Shown one piece after another: positions 18,166 through 27,234 of a DNA stretch of 52,035 nt (position 1 is its first letter; each line of letters opens with the position of its first letter). Below the pieces are notes generated by a model. That model worked only from the letters and a program-made list of their open reading frames with translations, was not told the DNA's origin and searched no databases. Made by a program: the position numbers and the translations under genes. The DNA comes from a virus: positions 1 through 52,035 of IMG/VR virus record IMGVR_UViG_3300037297_000161; one strand, written 5' to 3'.

Positions 18166-18851
18166 TCCCACGTGATGCAGAACTCTGGCGCTTGGTGCTT
18201 GACCATCGGCTGCTAGATGTGCATACGAGCATGCCGGCGCAGGTAGTCAGCTTCGACGCCGCAGCGCAGATTGTCACGGTACAGCCCTTGATCAAGCACG
18301 TTGTAATCGGAGTTGATGGCGAAGAGACCGTGGAGAGCTACCCGGAGATTCGCGGGGTGCCTGTGCTCTACCCGCGCGCGGGAGGTTTCGTCATCGCGTG
18401 GCCGCTCGCGGTCGAGGATCCGGTATTGCTCCTGGTCAGCGAGTGGTCGATTGACAACTACCTCGAAAAGGGCCGGGAGGATCACCCGATCGATGTGCGT
18501 CGGCACGGGCTATCGGGGGCCATGGCCTTACCCGTCGGTCCATATCAGGCAAGCTCGACAATCTCGGAGATCGTCGACGGACTAATCTTAGGGCATGACT
18601 CCGGGGCTGTGATCCGTATCGCGGATGATGGCACTGTACGGATCGGGGCTACGGCCGGAGCCGTGCAAGCCGTCGCTCTAGCGGCTGATGTGAAAGATCG
18701 CCTCGATACCATCCAGAGCACGTTTGATGCACATATCCACACGACCACGGCCACAGTAGGGACCGGCCCTCCCGGAGTGATCTCGCCCCCGACATCTTCG
18801 ATCGGCGCCCTGGCTGAGGTAGGATCCTCGAAGGTCGAGGTAGAGGAATGA
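18162..18851 (+). CDS. baseplate central spike (gpV / Mu gp45 / Gp138-like)
   Basis: Track ORF trimmed to ATG 18162 (ATGA overlap); 229 aa; OB-fold-type N-terminus (MPAQVVSFDAAAQIVTVQP..GVPVLYPRAGGF). Confidence 0.6.
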   Translation: MIPRDAELWRLVLDHRLLDVHTSMPAQVVSFDAAAQIVTVQPLIKHVVIGVDGEETVESYPEIRGVPVLYPRAGGFVIAWPLAVEDPVLLLVSEWSIDNYLEKGREDHPIDVRRHGLSGAMALPVGPYQASSTISEIVDGLILGHDSGAVIRIADDGTVRIGATAGAVQAVALAADVKDRLDTIQSTFDAHIHTTTATVGTGPPGVISPPTSSIGALAEVGSSKVEVEE

Positions 18852-19234
18852 CCACTCTCAAGCTGGACAGCACTGGAGATCTGGCCATCGAGAATGGCAC
18901 ACTCATCCTGCTCGATGATCCTGTGGCTGAAACAGCTCAACGTTTGCAAATCAAGTTCAAGTTCTTCCTTGGGGAGTGGGAGCTCGATCGCCGGGTCGGG
19001 ATGCCGCTGCTTGAAAAGGTATTGGTCAAAGCACCGAACTTGAGCACACTGAGACGACTTTATCGCGAGGTCATCATCACCGATCCGGCGGTCGACACAC
19101 TGGTGTCGCTTGAGTTTGATCTTGATCGTGCTACGCGCATGCTATCGATGTCATTCGAGGCGACCTTGACGGACGGCAGTGATCTGGTATTTGAGGATTT
19201 CATTCTCCTAGAGAACGTAGGGGCTACACCATGA
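18848..19234 (+). CDS. baseplate wedge protein, gp25/GpW-like
   Basis: 128 aa between the spike and J-like genes; FFLGEWELDRRVGMPL motif. Confidence 0.6.
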   Translation: MTTLKLDSTGDLAIENGTLILLDDPVAETAQRLQIKFKFFLGEWELDRRVGMPLLEKVLVKAPNLSTLRRLYREVIITDPAVDTLVSLEFDLDRATRMLSMSFEATLTDGSDLVFEDFILLENVGATP

Positions 19235-20403
19235 CCACGTACGGAGTCACAGCAGCCGGATTCATCGATAAGCCGATCGAAGACATACTGGACGAGATCG
19301 AGACCGCGCAGAAGTCTGCCTTCGGAGACGAGTTTGATGTCTCTTCTCAAAGTCCGGCCGGGCAGCTCAATGGAATTATGTCTTTGCATCTGCGGGAGCT
19401 ATGGGAGGTAGCAGCCGCCCTCTACGCTGCGTGGGATCCGGACACCAACGACGGCTTGATCCAGGCGCAGATAGCGGCCTTGTCTGGCACGCTCAGGCGG
19501 GCAGCCACACATAGCACTGTGACTGCAACGGTCAATCTGGATGCCGGCAAAACCCTGGCAGCCGGGGCTGTCGCATCGGTCAGCGGAGCGCCGGACCGAC
19601 GATTTATCACGCTCGCCGATGCGACCAATGCTGGCGGGGGGCCGGCCGATGTCTCGGTTGAGATGCAGGCAGAGGACACTGGTCCGATTGCAGCCAGTGC
19701 CGGAACGCTGACCGAGATCGAAACACCTCAGACCGGCTGGAATTCGATCACGAACGCGGCCGATGCCGTTCTCGGGGAAGAGGAAGAAACCGCGGAAGAG
19801 CTGCGCATCCGTCGCGAGGTGGAGCTACGACGAGCCGGGGCCGCAGCGGTTGATGCCATCCAGGCAGATGTAGCTGCGGTCGAGGATGTTACCGGAGCAA
19901 CGGTGTTCGAAAATACGGACGACGTTACCGATGGGGATGGCGTGCCCCCGCACGCGATTGAGGTCGTGGTACTCGGCGGCGCAGCGGATGATATCGCCCA
20001 GGCTATCTGGGACTCGAGAGCCGCCGGTATCAAGGTCCACGGCGCAACCTCTGGAACAGCCACGGACATAGATGGGGATGACCATACGGTGGCGTTCACG
20101 CGACCGACCGAAGTGCCATTGTATGCCAATGTTGAAGTGACCGTGGACGATGATTACCCGGCCGACGGCGACACGCAGATCAAAGAGGCCCTGGCGGCAT
20201 GGGCACAAGCTCTGGCCGTGGGCGAGGACGTGATCTGGTCATCCTTGTTCGTGCTTGTCTTCGGGATCTCCGGGGTTGTCGATGTGACGACGCTGGAAAT
20301 CCATGACGCAGATCCGCCGACCGGGCACACCAGCAATATCTCAATCGGCGCGCGGGAGCTGGCGACATTGGATACGGCCAATGTGGACGTGACAAGTACG
20401 TGA
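19231..20403 (+). CDS. baseplate J-like protein
   Basis: 390 aa; N-terminal pattern typical of the Baseplate_J family; gene order W-J-I. Confidence 0.8.
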   Translation: MTTYGVTAAGFIDKPIEDILDEIETAQKSAFGDEFDVSSQSPAGQLNGIMSLHLRELWEVAAALYAAWDPDTNDGLIQAQIAALSGTLRRAATHSTVTATVNLDAGKTLAAGAVASVSGAPDRRFITLADATNAGGGPADVSVEMQAEDTGPIAASAGTLTEIETPQTGWNSITNAADAVLGEEEETAEELRIRREVELRRAGAAAVDAIQADVAAVEDVTGATVFENTDDVTDGDGVPPHAIEVVVLGGAADDIAQAIWDSRAAGIKVHGATSGTATDIDGDDHTVAFTRPTEVPLYANVEVTVDDDYPADGDTQIKEALAAWAQALAVGEDVIWSSLFVLVFGISGVVDVTTLEIHDADPPTGHTSNISIGARELATLDTANVDVTST

Positions 20404-20410
20404 GGCTCAA

Positions 20411-21442
20411 ATGGCACTGACTCGGACCACCACGCATGTTGCCGACGGGCAAGCGCAACTCATCTCGCAGTTCGTGCGCAAACCGAACTTCCGCGCACTG
20501 CTGGGCACTTACTTGCAACAGGTGCAGGAGCTGGAGGATGTTTTCTTCCAGTTACTTGGGATCCCGACGGCCATCGAGGCCCAGGAAGGGGCTCAGCTCG
20601 ACCTCATCGGCAAGATTGTCGGGCAAGAGCGAGACGGCCGCAGCGATACGGTATATCGACGCGGCATTTTAGCCCGACTTGCGATCAATCGCGCTTCAGG
20701 CCTCTACGACGAATTCCTTACGGTGCTTGCCTTAGTTGCGCCTGGTGAAATCTCAGAGATAGAGGAATTCTACCCGGCCGGGCTTGTCATCCGGTTGCTT
20801 GATGCATTTTCCGGTGATGGCCCGTACTCGGCGTTGCTGTTGGGCCAGGTACGAGTGGCAGGGGTTCACGGGACGCTAGAGTACTCAGCTGAGGCGGCCG
20901 AGGATTTGTTTGTATTCTCCGCCAGCGACTCCGAAGAATTATCTGAACAAGGGTTTGCCTCTGACGCGACATCTGGAGAGGCCATCACGAATGGGGACTT
21001 TTCGGCCTGGACAGCCGACGATCCAGATGATTGGACCGCATTCGAAACTTGGTCTGACGGCATCACAGAGGTCGGGTCTGGTGAAGGTCCGGCCGGGGCA
21101 GGTTCTGGCTCGGTGTGCATCAATCGAGGTGCGACCGCACCGTACGGCCTCTGTTACATCAGCCAAGCGGTCTCGGGCTTGGGGGCTGGCGCGTCATATG
21201 CGGTTCGTTTCACGATCAGTCGTCTGGTCGGATCGGATCTGCGTGTCCAGGATTCGCTCGGGCTTTTCAATCAAACCTTCAGCGCCGCGGGCACCTATCG
21301 AATTTTGTGCACGCCTAGTGCAGGTGCGTTGACGATCTATTTCGCGACCGTGAACACAACTACTCTGCATGAAATCACCATCGATTCCGTTTCCCTTGCA
21401 CCGACGACCGGTGGCGTGTTTGCCGCCGTAGAGGAGATGTGA
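20411..21442 (+). CDS. baseplate wedge/fibre-connector protein (gpI/DUF2612-like N-terminus) with C-terminal beta-sandwich
   Basis: 343 aa; position after J; C-terminal ITNGDFSAWTADDPDDWT segment resembles carbohydrate-binding jelly-rolls. Confidence 0.5.
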   Translation: MALTRTTTHVADGQAQLISQFVRKPNFRALLGTYLQQVQELEDVFFQLLGIPTAIEAQEGAQLDLIGKIVGQERDGRSDTVYRRGILARLAINRASGLYDEFLTVLALVAPGEISEIEEFYPAGLVIRLLDAFSGDGPYSALLLGQVRVAGVHGTLEYSAEAAEDLFVFSASDSEELSEQGFASDATSGEAITNGDFSAWTADDPDDWTAFETWSDGITEVGSGEGPAGAGSGSVCINRGATAPYGLCYISQAVSGLGAGASYAVRFTISRLVGSDLRVQDSLGLFNQTFSAAGTYRILCTPSAGALTIYFATVNTTTLHEITIDSVSLAPTTGGVFAAVEEM

Positions 21443-21444
21443 TC

Positions 21445-22503
21445 ATGACCTTGACGCCGATTCCGTACTGGGCAACTGATGTCGATCGCACTGTAGAGCC
21501 CAGCGCTGGCGAAAAAGCAACTGGTTGGCAGGCCGGCTATGCCCCGCCGGCCCGCAAAATGAATTGGATTTTGAATCAGTTGGCTGAGGCGATGCGCTCC
21601 CAACTGGTCCTCAATCTCGCAAATCTGAGCGCGCGAGACTCCGGAGGCGGCGCCACGAATACGTACTTTGGGCTGGCGCATGACGGCTCTGGGCTGTGGT
21701 GCGCAGTCGGGGCCAACGGAGAGATTCAGACGTCGCCTTGGGGGATTACTTGGACGGCGCGCACGGCCGCTGGGGGATATTCAAGCACGTTCAATGCGGC
21801 GGCCCATGATGGCTCTGGGCTGTGGTGCATCGTCGGCGCAAGCGGCGAGATCCAGACTTCACCGGACGGAAATACTTGGACAGCCCGGACCGCCGCAGGT
21901 GCCTATGCAGGTACCTTTCAAGGGATTGCACATGATGGATCCAGCCTCTGGTGCGCTGTGGGCTCGTCTGGCGAAATCCAGACGTCACCCGACGGAATTA
22001 CCTGGACAGCTCGAACAGCGGCGGGCGCCTATTCTGGAACGTTTTACGCCGTCGCACACAATGGAGGCGGCCTCTGGTGCGCGGTCGGATCTGGAGGCGA
22101 AATCCAAACCTCCCCGGATGGCATCACCTGGACGGCCCGCACTGCAGCCGGTGGTTATTCGGACGCCTTCAAATCGATCACCTATGGCGCTTCACAGTGG
22201 TGTATTGCAGGCCATGCGCATGCGCTGCAGACATCGCCTGACGGTATTACCTGGACAGCACAAACCACTGCCACTGGATTTCTGGGGGCGTCGGATGATT
22301 TCGAAAGCGTTGACTACGATGGCGCACAAGTCTGGTGCATTGTCGGATCGTCCAAAGAGCTCCAAGTCTCAGTAGACGATTGTGTGACATGGACAAGATA
22401 CCCGCTGGATGCATCGACGGGGCTGAATGAGATCCGCTACGGAATCAATAGTTGGATAGTGACGGGCGCGAGTGGCGAGCTGTTTCAGTCTTTGCGGATC
22501 TGA
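21445..22503 (+). CDS. tail fibre / receptor-binding protein with seven-blade Asp-box (BNR-like) beta-propeller
   Basis: Start moved to ATG 21445 (8 nt after GAGGAG). N-terminal ~70 aa resemble fibre attachment regions. These are followed by seven ~42-aa repeats, each with W..VG..GEIQTSPDGITWT (S-x-D-x-G-x-T-W). Confidence 0.65.
   Translation: MTLTPIPYWATDVDRTVEPSAGEKATGWQAGYAPPARKMNWILNQLAEAMRSQLVLNLANLSARDSGGGATNTYFGLAHDGSGLWCAVGANGEIQTSPWGITWTARTAAGGYSSTFNAAAHDGSGLWCIVGASGEIQTSPDGNTWTARTAAGAYAGTFQGIAHDGSSLWCAVGSSGEIQTSPDGITWTARTAAGAYSGTFYAVAHNGGGLWCAVGSGGEIQTSPDGITWTARTAAGGYSDAFKSITYGASQWCIAGHAHALQTSPDGITWTAQTTATGFLGASDDFESVDYDGAQVWCIVGSSKELQVSVDDCVTWTRYPLDASTGLNEIRYGINSWIVTGASGELFQSLRI
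21667..22500 (+). repeat. Seven in-frame ~126-bp coding repeats (propeller blades)
   Basis: Blade starts at about aa 77, 118, 160, 202, 243, 288 and 329 of the track ORF. Confidence 0.85.
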
Positions 22504-23037
22504 TTACGGCACGGTCTGCACTTGATCGCGCGCCCGCCACTCCACTGATGCATAGCCGTACACGGTCTGGAACACACCGGGTGTTGTATGAGTCCGCTCC
22601 AGCTCAGCGAAGTCCGGTTGACACAGATCAGGTCTGACCCGGAGCAAGATATGTCGATCCCAGAAGTGCAACAGCTCATGAATCAAGGATGCCATCTGCG
22701 CTGCGGCTGGCCGATCCGCGGTGATGTAGATCTCCGCATCCTCTGCGGCCATGCAGGCCGGACAAGCCCTTCGGCAGAGATCGCGCACGTCCGCCTCGGG
22801 GGCAAGAATCACGTATAGATCTTGAGCGGTAGCGAGCTGTGCGGGATCGAACTGAAGCTCGAAGGTTTGCCTATACTCTGCGGCTGTGATTCTCACTGCA
22901 GTTCGGACGGTCTCGCTGCTCAGAGACGCCCTTAGTGCGCCATCGCGGATGCACATCCCGGCTACTGTTCGATCACAGAGGCGCTCAAGGCGTCCGCCAC
23001 AGCCGCTCAGGAAGGTCAAGAAAAGCAAGGCTCTCAT
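22504..23037 (-). CDS. lipoprotein with HExxH zinc-metallopeptidase motif
   Basis: 177 aa; canonical lipobox LTFLSG|C; LIHELLHFW motif; SD AGAGGTGA; the only - strand gene inside the late arm. Confidence 0.7.
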   Translation of the reverse strand: MRALLFLTFLSGCGGRLERLCDRTVAGMCIRDGALRASLSSETVRTAVRITAAEYRQTFELQFDPAQLATAQDLYVILAPEADVRDLCRRACPACMAAEDAEIYITADRPAAAQMASLIHELLHFWDRHILLRVRPDLCQPDFAELERTHTTPGVFQTVYGYASVEWRARDQVQTVP

Positions 23038-23154
23038 GGTTTCACCTCTATTGATAGCATGCCAGAATGTCTATAGATGGTCAAGGACAATCGACAACAG
23101 CTAGACAGACGCCTGAAGGCCCTGTACAGTAGGCTGGACTGTCTTGGAGGTACT

Positions 23155-23607
23155 ATGCGCGCTTTGGTTTGGCTCTGGCTTCTGTGTCCTGCCCTTGTCT
23201 TCGGGCAATCGAAATCCGTTGCAATCTCCAGTGGGGTGGCGGATGAGGATCTGGCGGATACCCCGACCACGGACGGAATCAACATGCAGGCCAGCCAGGT
23301 CAGCAACCAGCTCAGCCTGACGTTGACCATCACACCCGGCACCACCACGCGCGTGGACGTGACTTGCTACGACTCTGACGATGGCTCGGCCTATGCGCAA
23401 ATACCGCTGTGCGATGCTGAGTCCCCGTCAGGCTGTGTCCCGGATGTGCGGCGCTTTACCTTGGCCAGCTATACCGCGAATGCATCCGGTGATTACGTCA
23501 TCTCGAGCAAATGGCCCGCCGTCAAGAAATGGATCAAATGCTCCGTGGACGACCCGGATGACGGCAACGGCACGATCTTGATCACTGGCAGCCGGAGTTG
23601 GCAATGA
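23155..23607 (+). CDS. secreted beta-rich protein
   Basis: Track ORF trimmed to ATG 23155 behind GGAGG; signal peptide MRALVWLWLLCPALVFG|Q; 150 aa. Confidence 0.65.
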   Translation: MRALVWLWLLCPALVFGQSKSVAISSGVADEDLADTPTTDGINMQASQVSNQLSLTLTITPGTTTRVDVTCYDSDDGSAYAQIPLCDAESPSGCVPDVRRFTLASYTANASGDYVISSKWPAVKKWIKCSVDDPDDGNGTILITGSRSWQ

Positions 23608-24968
23608 TCACGCTCTGCATCGCGCTAGCACTAGGGGCCCCGATCTCCGATCGTTCTCGAGGTGGCGGCGGAGGTCATCCGTCGGACACGCAGCTGTCGC
23701 TTGACGCTGACGTGCAGCTGACCATGGGTGATTCTGACGACATCACTCTGCACTACGATAGCGCCGATACTCGGTTCGAGCTGTCGAATGCAACAGGCCT
23801 TGCGCTGCGCATCGATGATGGGTCAGCAGCTCTTGTGCCCGGTGCTCAAATGCATTTGGAAGATGATGTCCTAGCGTCTTTCGGCAACACCGCTGCTGCA
23901 CCCGATGTTTGGGCCGATGATAACGGCACCTATTTTTGCCTGACCTCGACGTCCGTGGACGGGGGCGGGACTGACGGGGATCTCTTTTGCTATACGCTCG
24001 GTGGAAATGCGCTGCAGGTCGGCGTAGACGCGCTGACATTCGCGGCCGCAACCGACCTCGACCTGCTGGATAATGACTCATCCGCGCTGTCCTTTGACGC
24101 CGCAGACAAGGCAGGTTTGCTAAATATCGACACAACGGATGGGGCCGAAGGCATCGGCACCTCCGGCTGGTTTTCACTCGGTGCCGGGACGGTGCTGTCC
24201 TCTGCGGTCGACGGACATCTGACATTCACTGACAGCACTGGGACACAGACGTTCACGCTGCAGACCAATGCGGATGGCAGACTTCATTTGTCCGGTGCTC
24301 TCCATGCCGACCTAGGGATCGTCCTGGCAGATAATCGGACTATCACATTCGGCATCGGCGCCGATGCAGGGATCTTCCACGACGTGGATCAAACTCCGGA
24401 TACAGTGACCGTTGCTCCAGGTACAGAAAGCAATACTATACTCATCAGGGAATACTACTCGGGCGGCGTCGATTTCGCCCATCCGTTAAAGGCCGATCCA
24501 ACCATCACCATGCATGCGACCGGGAATACCGATAAGACCACATTTAATGAAATCGACTGGCACAGAGTGGCGCTCGGTGGTGGGGGTGGCGGTTATGGAT
24601 GTTTGAACCAAACGTTCGCCTACGACGATCTTGTTGATGGTGGTGGAGCATCCGGGACTCTTGCTCTGGATGAGGGAATGCCGGATGGCGCAGTTGTGCA
24701 ACAGACCGTTCTGCACTCACTCACCGGTTTCACCGGAGATACGTCTGCCGTGATCACCGTCGGCGATGGGACCGATGTCGATCGGTACAACACAGGTACG
24801 CCCAGCGTATTCACGACCAATGCCTCGGGTGTTGCTATGGGAGCACCGTCAGGGACTGTTTGGCATGACGACGCCGCAACCGTGACCGTCACCATTACGA
24901 GCAACGGGGACTACAGCAGCGTGAGCGCAGGTCAGGCTACCATCTTGATTTGCTACTGGACGCCGTAG
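23604..24968 (+). CDS. fibre-like beta-rich protein with hydrophobic N-terminus
   Basis: Start set to ATG 23604 (ATGA overlap). N-terminus MITLCIALALGAP followed by a Gly run. D/T/G-rich repeats related to those of the 684-aa protein. Confidence 0.6.
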   Translation: MITLCIALALGAPISDRSRGGGGGHPSDTQLSLDADVQLTMGDSDDITLHYDSADTRFELSNATGLALRIDDGSAALVPGAQMHLEDDVLASFGNTAAAPDVWADDNGTYFCLTSTSVDGGGTDGDLFCYTLGGNALQVGVDALTFAAATDLDLLDNDSSALSFDAADKAGLLNIDTTDGAEGIGTSGWFSLGAGTVLSSAVDGHLTFTDSTGTQTFTLQTNADGRLHLSGALHADLGIVLADNRTITFGIGADAGIFHDVDQTPDTVTVAPGTESNTILIREYYSGGVDFAHPLKADPTITMHATGNTDKTTFNEIDWHRVALGGGGGGYGCLNQTFAYDDLVDGGGASGTLALDEGMPDGAVVQQTVLHSLTGFTGDTSAVITVGDGTDVDRYNTGTPSVFTTNASGVAMGAPSGTVWHDDAATVTVTITSNGDYSSVSAGQATILICYWTP

Positions 24969-24985
24969 TGAACGGGAGAGATATT

Positions 24986-25534
24986 ATGACGAAAGTAGGT
25001 GTCTTGCTGATTTTGCTGGCTGCAGCTCCAGCCTATGCAGCGATTGGTGACGTGATCTGGATCAGTGTGCGCGAGGATGGTCCTGATCTGAGCGGTGCTC
25101 AAAAAGCAGCTCTTGCTGCTCTCATCAACAGCGATTGGGGCGCAGGCACGGCTGGAGGGCTCAACAGCGAAACGTGCCATCAGACATTGAAACCAGTACT
25201 TAAATGGACATGCACGGTTGCTGCGGAGATCACTCTTACCGATGAGCAGTATCTCATCAAGCGCGTGGCTGGAGAGATTCAACCTGGTCAATCGACAACG
25301 GTTGTCACTGACTCTCGTGATGTAGTCGCAGACTACTCGTCCTGGGCACTCGATGTCTTCGGGGTACCACTGTCAGAGATCTACGTGTGGCGCGTGTGGC
25401 GAGATGCAGAGACCTCTACGGTCGTGCACACCGCCTATTGGCCAATCCGGGTTGGCACTTTGTCCGAATTCCGCGCGGCAGATAGCACACAGCCCCGCCA
25501 GGTCCTGAGGATCGTCGGGAGGGTAACGGAGTAG
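24986..25534 (+). CDS. secreted protein
   Basis: Track ORF trimmed to ATG 24986 behind GGGAGAG; signal peptide MTKVGVLLILLAAAPAYA|A; 182 aa. Confidence 0.6.
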   Translation: MTKVGVLLILLAAAPAYAAIGDVIWISVREDGPDLSGAQKAALAALINSDWGAGTAGGLNSETCHQTLKPVLKWTCTVAAEITLTDEQYLIKRVAGEIQPGQSTTVVTDSRDVVADYSSWALDVFGVPLSEIYVWRVWRDAETSTVVHTAYWPIRVGTLSEFRAADSTQPRQVLRIVGRVTE

Positions 25535-25539
25535 GCGCA

Positions 25540-25779
25540 ATGACGGATTTTGAGACCTTGTTGTTGCAGCGTCTAGAGCAGATCGATCGCAAAATTGGCG
25601 CCCTTGATGACAAACTCGAGCAGGGCCTCACGCGCGCGTACTCCAAAATTGCCATCAACACGGCTCAGGTCGAGCGGCTCGATGAGCGCAGCAAACGCGG
25701 GCGATGGGCGCTATACGTGGTCGGAAGCGTAGTCGGCCTTGCAGGCGCCTTGTACGCATTCTTGGACCAACTTTCGTGA
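25540..25779 (+). CDS. lysis-associated membrane protein, XhlA-like topology
   Basis: 79 aa; N-terminal coiled coil (LLQRLEQIDRKIGALDDKLEQ) plus a single C-terminal TM segment (WALYVVGSVVGLAGALYAF). Confidence 0.4.
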   Translation: MTDFETLLLQRLEQIDRKIGALDDKLEQGLTRAYSKIAINTAQVERLDERSKRGRWALYVVGSVVGLAGALYAFLDQLS

Positions 25780-25801
25780 TGATCTACTCGGAGGCAACGC
25801 C

Positions 25802-26035
25802 ATGAAGCAATTCACCCTCGATCTCCTCTCGCCGGGGCGCCGCAAAACGGTGGTGCTCGGGGCACTCATGCTCTTGACCGAAGTAGTCGGGGCCGCGGGC
25901 CTGTTCACCGGCGCGCTGACCGCTGAACTGTTCGTAGATTTGAGCAAGTACAATCTCCTCTACGGAGGGGGCCTGCTCGGCGGCACGAATTTTCTTGAGC
26001 ACGTGACCAAGATGCACAAAGGCCCTGAGGCATGA
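25802..26035 (+). CDS. holin candidate
   Basis: Track ORF trimmed to ATG 25802 behind GGAGG; 77 aa with one clear and one weaker hydrophobic segment; sits in the lysis cassette. Confidence 0.4.
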   Translation: MKQFTLDLLSPGRRKTVVLGALMLLTEVVGAAGLFTGALTAELFVDLSKYNLLYGGGLLGGTNFLEHVTKMHKGPEA

Positions 26036-26343
26036 CGCGCTGGATCTGGATTGCACTCGGGCTTCTCGGGGCCGTCGGCACGGTTAGCGGCATGATCTGC
26101 GCTCGACAATCCGAGTCTAACGACAACAAACGCCAACGGATTGAGGCGCAGATAGGCCGCTCCCGGGCCGAGGCTCAAGTACAACGACTCGAGATTCAAG
26201 AAGAAGCCCGAACGACCGCACAAGTACAAAAAACGAAGCTCGAGATCCGAGCTCGGAAAGTGCCAGAGGTGACTCATGATCGTGCTGCTGATCTCGCTGC
26301 TGTCGCAAATGCTCTCAACACCGCCCTCGGAATCAGCGAATAG
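26032..26343 (+). CDS. membrane-anchored coiled-coil protein (i-spanin-like)
   Basis: 103 aa; N-terminal TM segment WIWIALGLLGAVGTVSGMI followed by a charged helical region. Confidence 0.4.
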   Translation: MTRWIWIALGLLGAVGTVSGMICARQSESNDNKRQRIEAQIGRSRAEAQVQRLEIQEEARTTAQVQKTKLEIRARKVPEVTHDRAADLAAVANALNTALGISE

Positions 26344-26719
26344 CTATTTCGACGCCGATTGCTGGACCGTCACGCTCCCAGGTCAGGCGCCCGAGAATGC
26401 AGAATCCGGAGCACATCTCAAGCTCATTCGGCCGACCTCGGAAGGCCTCTTGGTGCCGCTCGCGACCGGACGTGAAATCCTCTGGCGCTTGAAGTGCCTC
26501 GAGCTCTGGCCTCAGATGGCGCAAATCAAACTCAACGAGCAACGAGCTCTGGCCGATTTTGATTTCGAGGTCGAACGGCGTCTGGTGCTTGAGCTTCAGA
26601 CCGAGGCTTTGAAGCCGCCACCCAAGCCTTCACTTTGGGATCGTTTCGGCTGGCATGCCGTAACTTTCGGCATTGGCATGCTGGCCGGTGGTGCGATACT
26701 CTACCTGCTTGTACACTAG
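26276..26719 (+). CDS. membrane protein with N-terminal signal-like and C-terminal TM segments (spanin-like topology, no lipobox)
   Basis: 147 aa; SD AGAGGTGA before ATG 26276; overlaps the preceding gene by 68 nt in another frame; C-terminal HAVTFGIGMLAGGAILYLLV. Confidence 0.45.
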   Translation: MIVLLISLLSQMLSTPPSESANSYFDADCWTVTLPGQAPENAESGAHLKLIRPTSEGLLVPLATGREILWRLKCLELWPQMAQIKLNEQRALADFDFEVERRLVLELQTEALKPPPKPSLWDRFGWHAVTFGIGMLAGGAILYLLVH

Positions 26720-26729
26720 GAGGTGCCAC

Positions 26730-27170
26730 ATGTTCGTTTTTGGAGCGCGCTCTCTGCGCAAACTTGATAAAGTCCATCCCAAGCTGATCCTGGGTCTCAG
26801 CCGAGGTCTGCTCTACACACCGTACGATTTCGCCATAGACAATGGTCTGAGGACGATGGTTGAGCAGTACGAGTATTTGGCGGCCGGAAAATCCTGGACC
26901 CTCAAATCCAAGCATCTGGTCCAGCCCGACGGCTACTGTCATGCGGTCGATATCCGTGCAGTCGGTGACCTGAACGGCGACGGCCATGTCGATCACACCG
27001 ACCGGTCACGGACATGGGATCGGAAGATCTACACCGCCATCTGGGCGCAGGCGCTCTTCAAGGCCTTTGGGGAGCTCCGGATCGCGGTGCGCTGGGGCGG
27101 GGACTGGGATTGTGACGGTGACACCGGCGACACGAAGCACTTCGATGGCCCTCACATCGAGCTGATCTAG
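26730..27170 (+). CDS. endolysin, peptidase M15 (VanY / L-Ala-D-Glu peptidase-like)
   Basis: Track ORF trimmed to ATG 26730 behind AGGAGGTG; zinc-site motifs SKHLVQPDGYCHAVD and FDGPHIEL. Confidence 0.8.
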   Translation: MFVFGARSLRKLDKVHPKLILGLSRGLLYTPYDFAIDNGLRTMVEQYEYLAAGKSWTLKSKHLVQPDGYCHAVDIRAVGDLNGDGHVDHTDRSRTWDRKIYTAIWAQALFKAFGELRIAVRWGGDWDCDGDTGDTKHFDGPHIELI

Positions 27171-27234
27171 ACACTGACCTGCCCATCTTGTACATTGATC
27201 GGGACTGGGCCTTACCTCACACGGAGAGACACCG

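Noticed and set aside
23051-23059. TGCTATCAA as an extended -10 promoter for the lipoprotein gene (same TGCTAT as in the cassettes)
   Set aside because: The predicted start would fall inside the AGAGGTGA Shine-Dalgarno of the gene, which is inconsistent with SD-led translation. The + strand TTGATA-15-TATAGA reading is also weak (short spacer).
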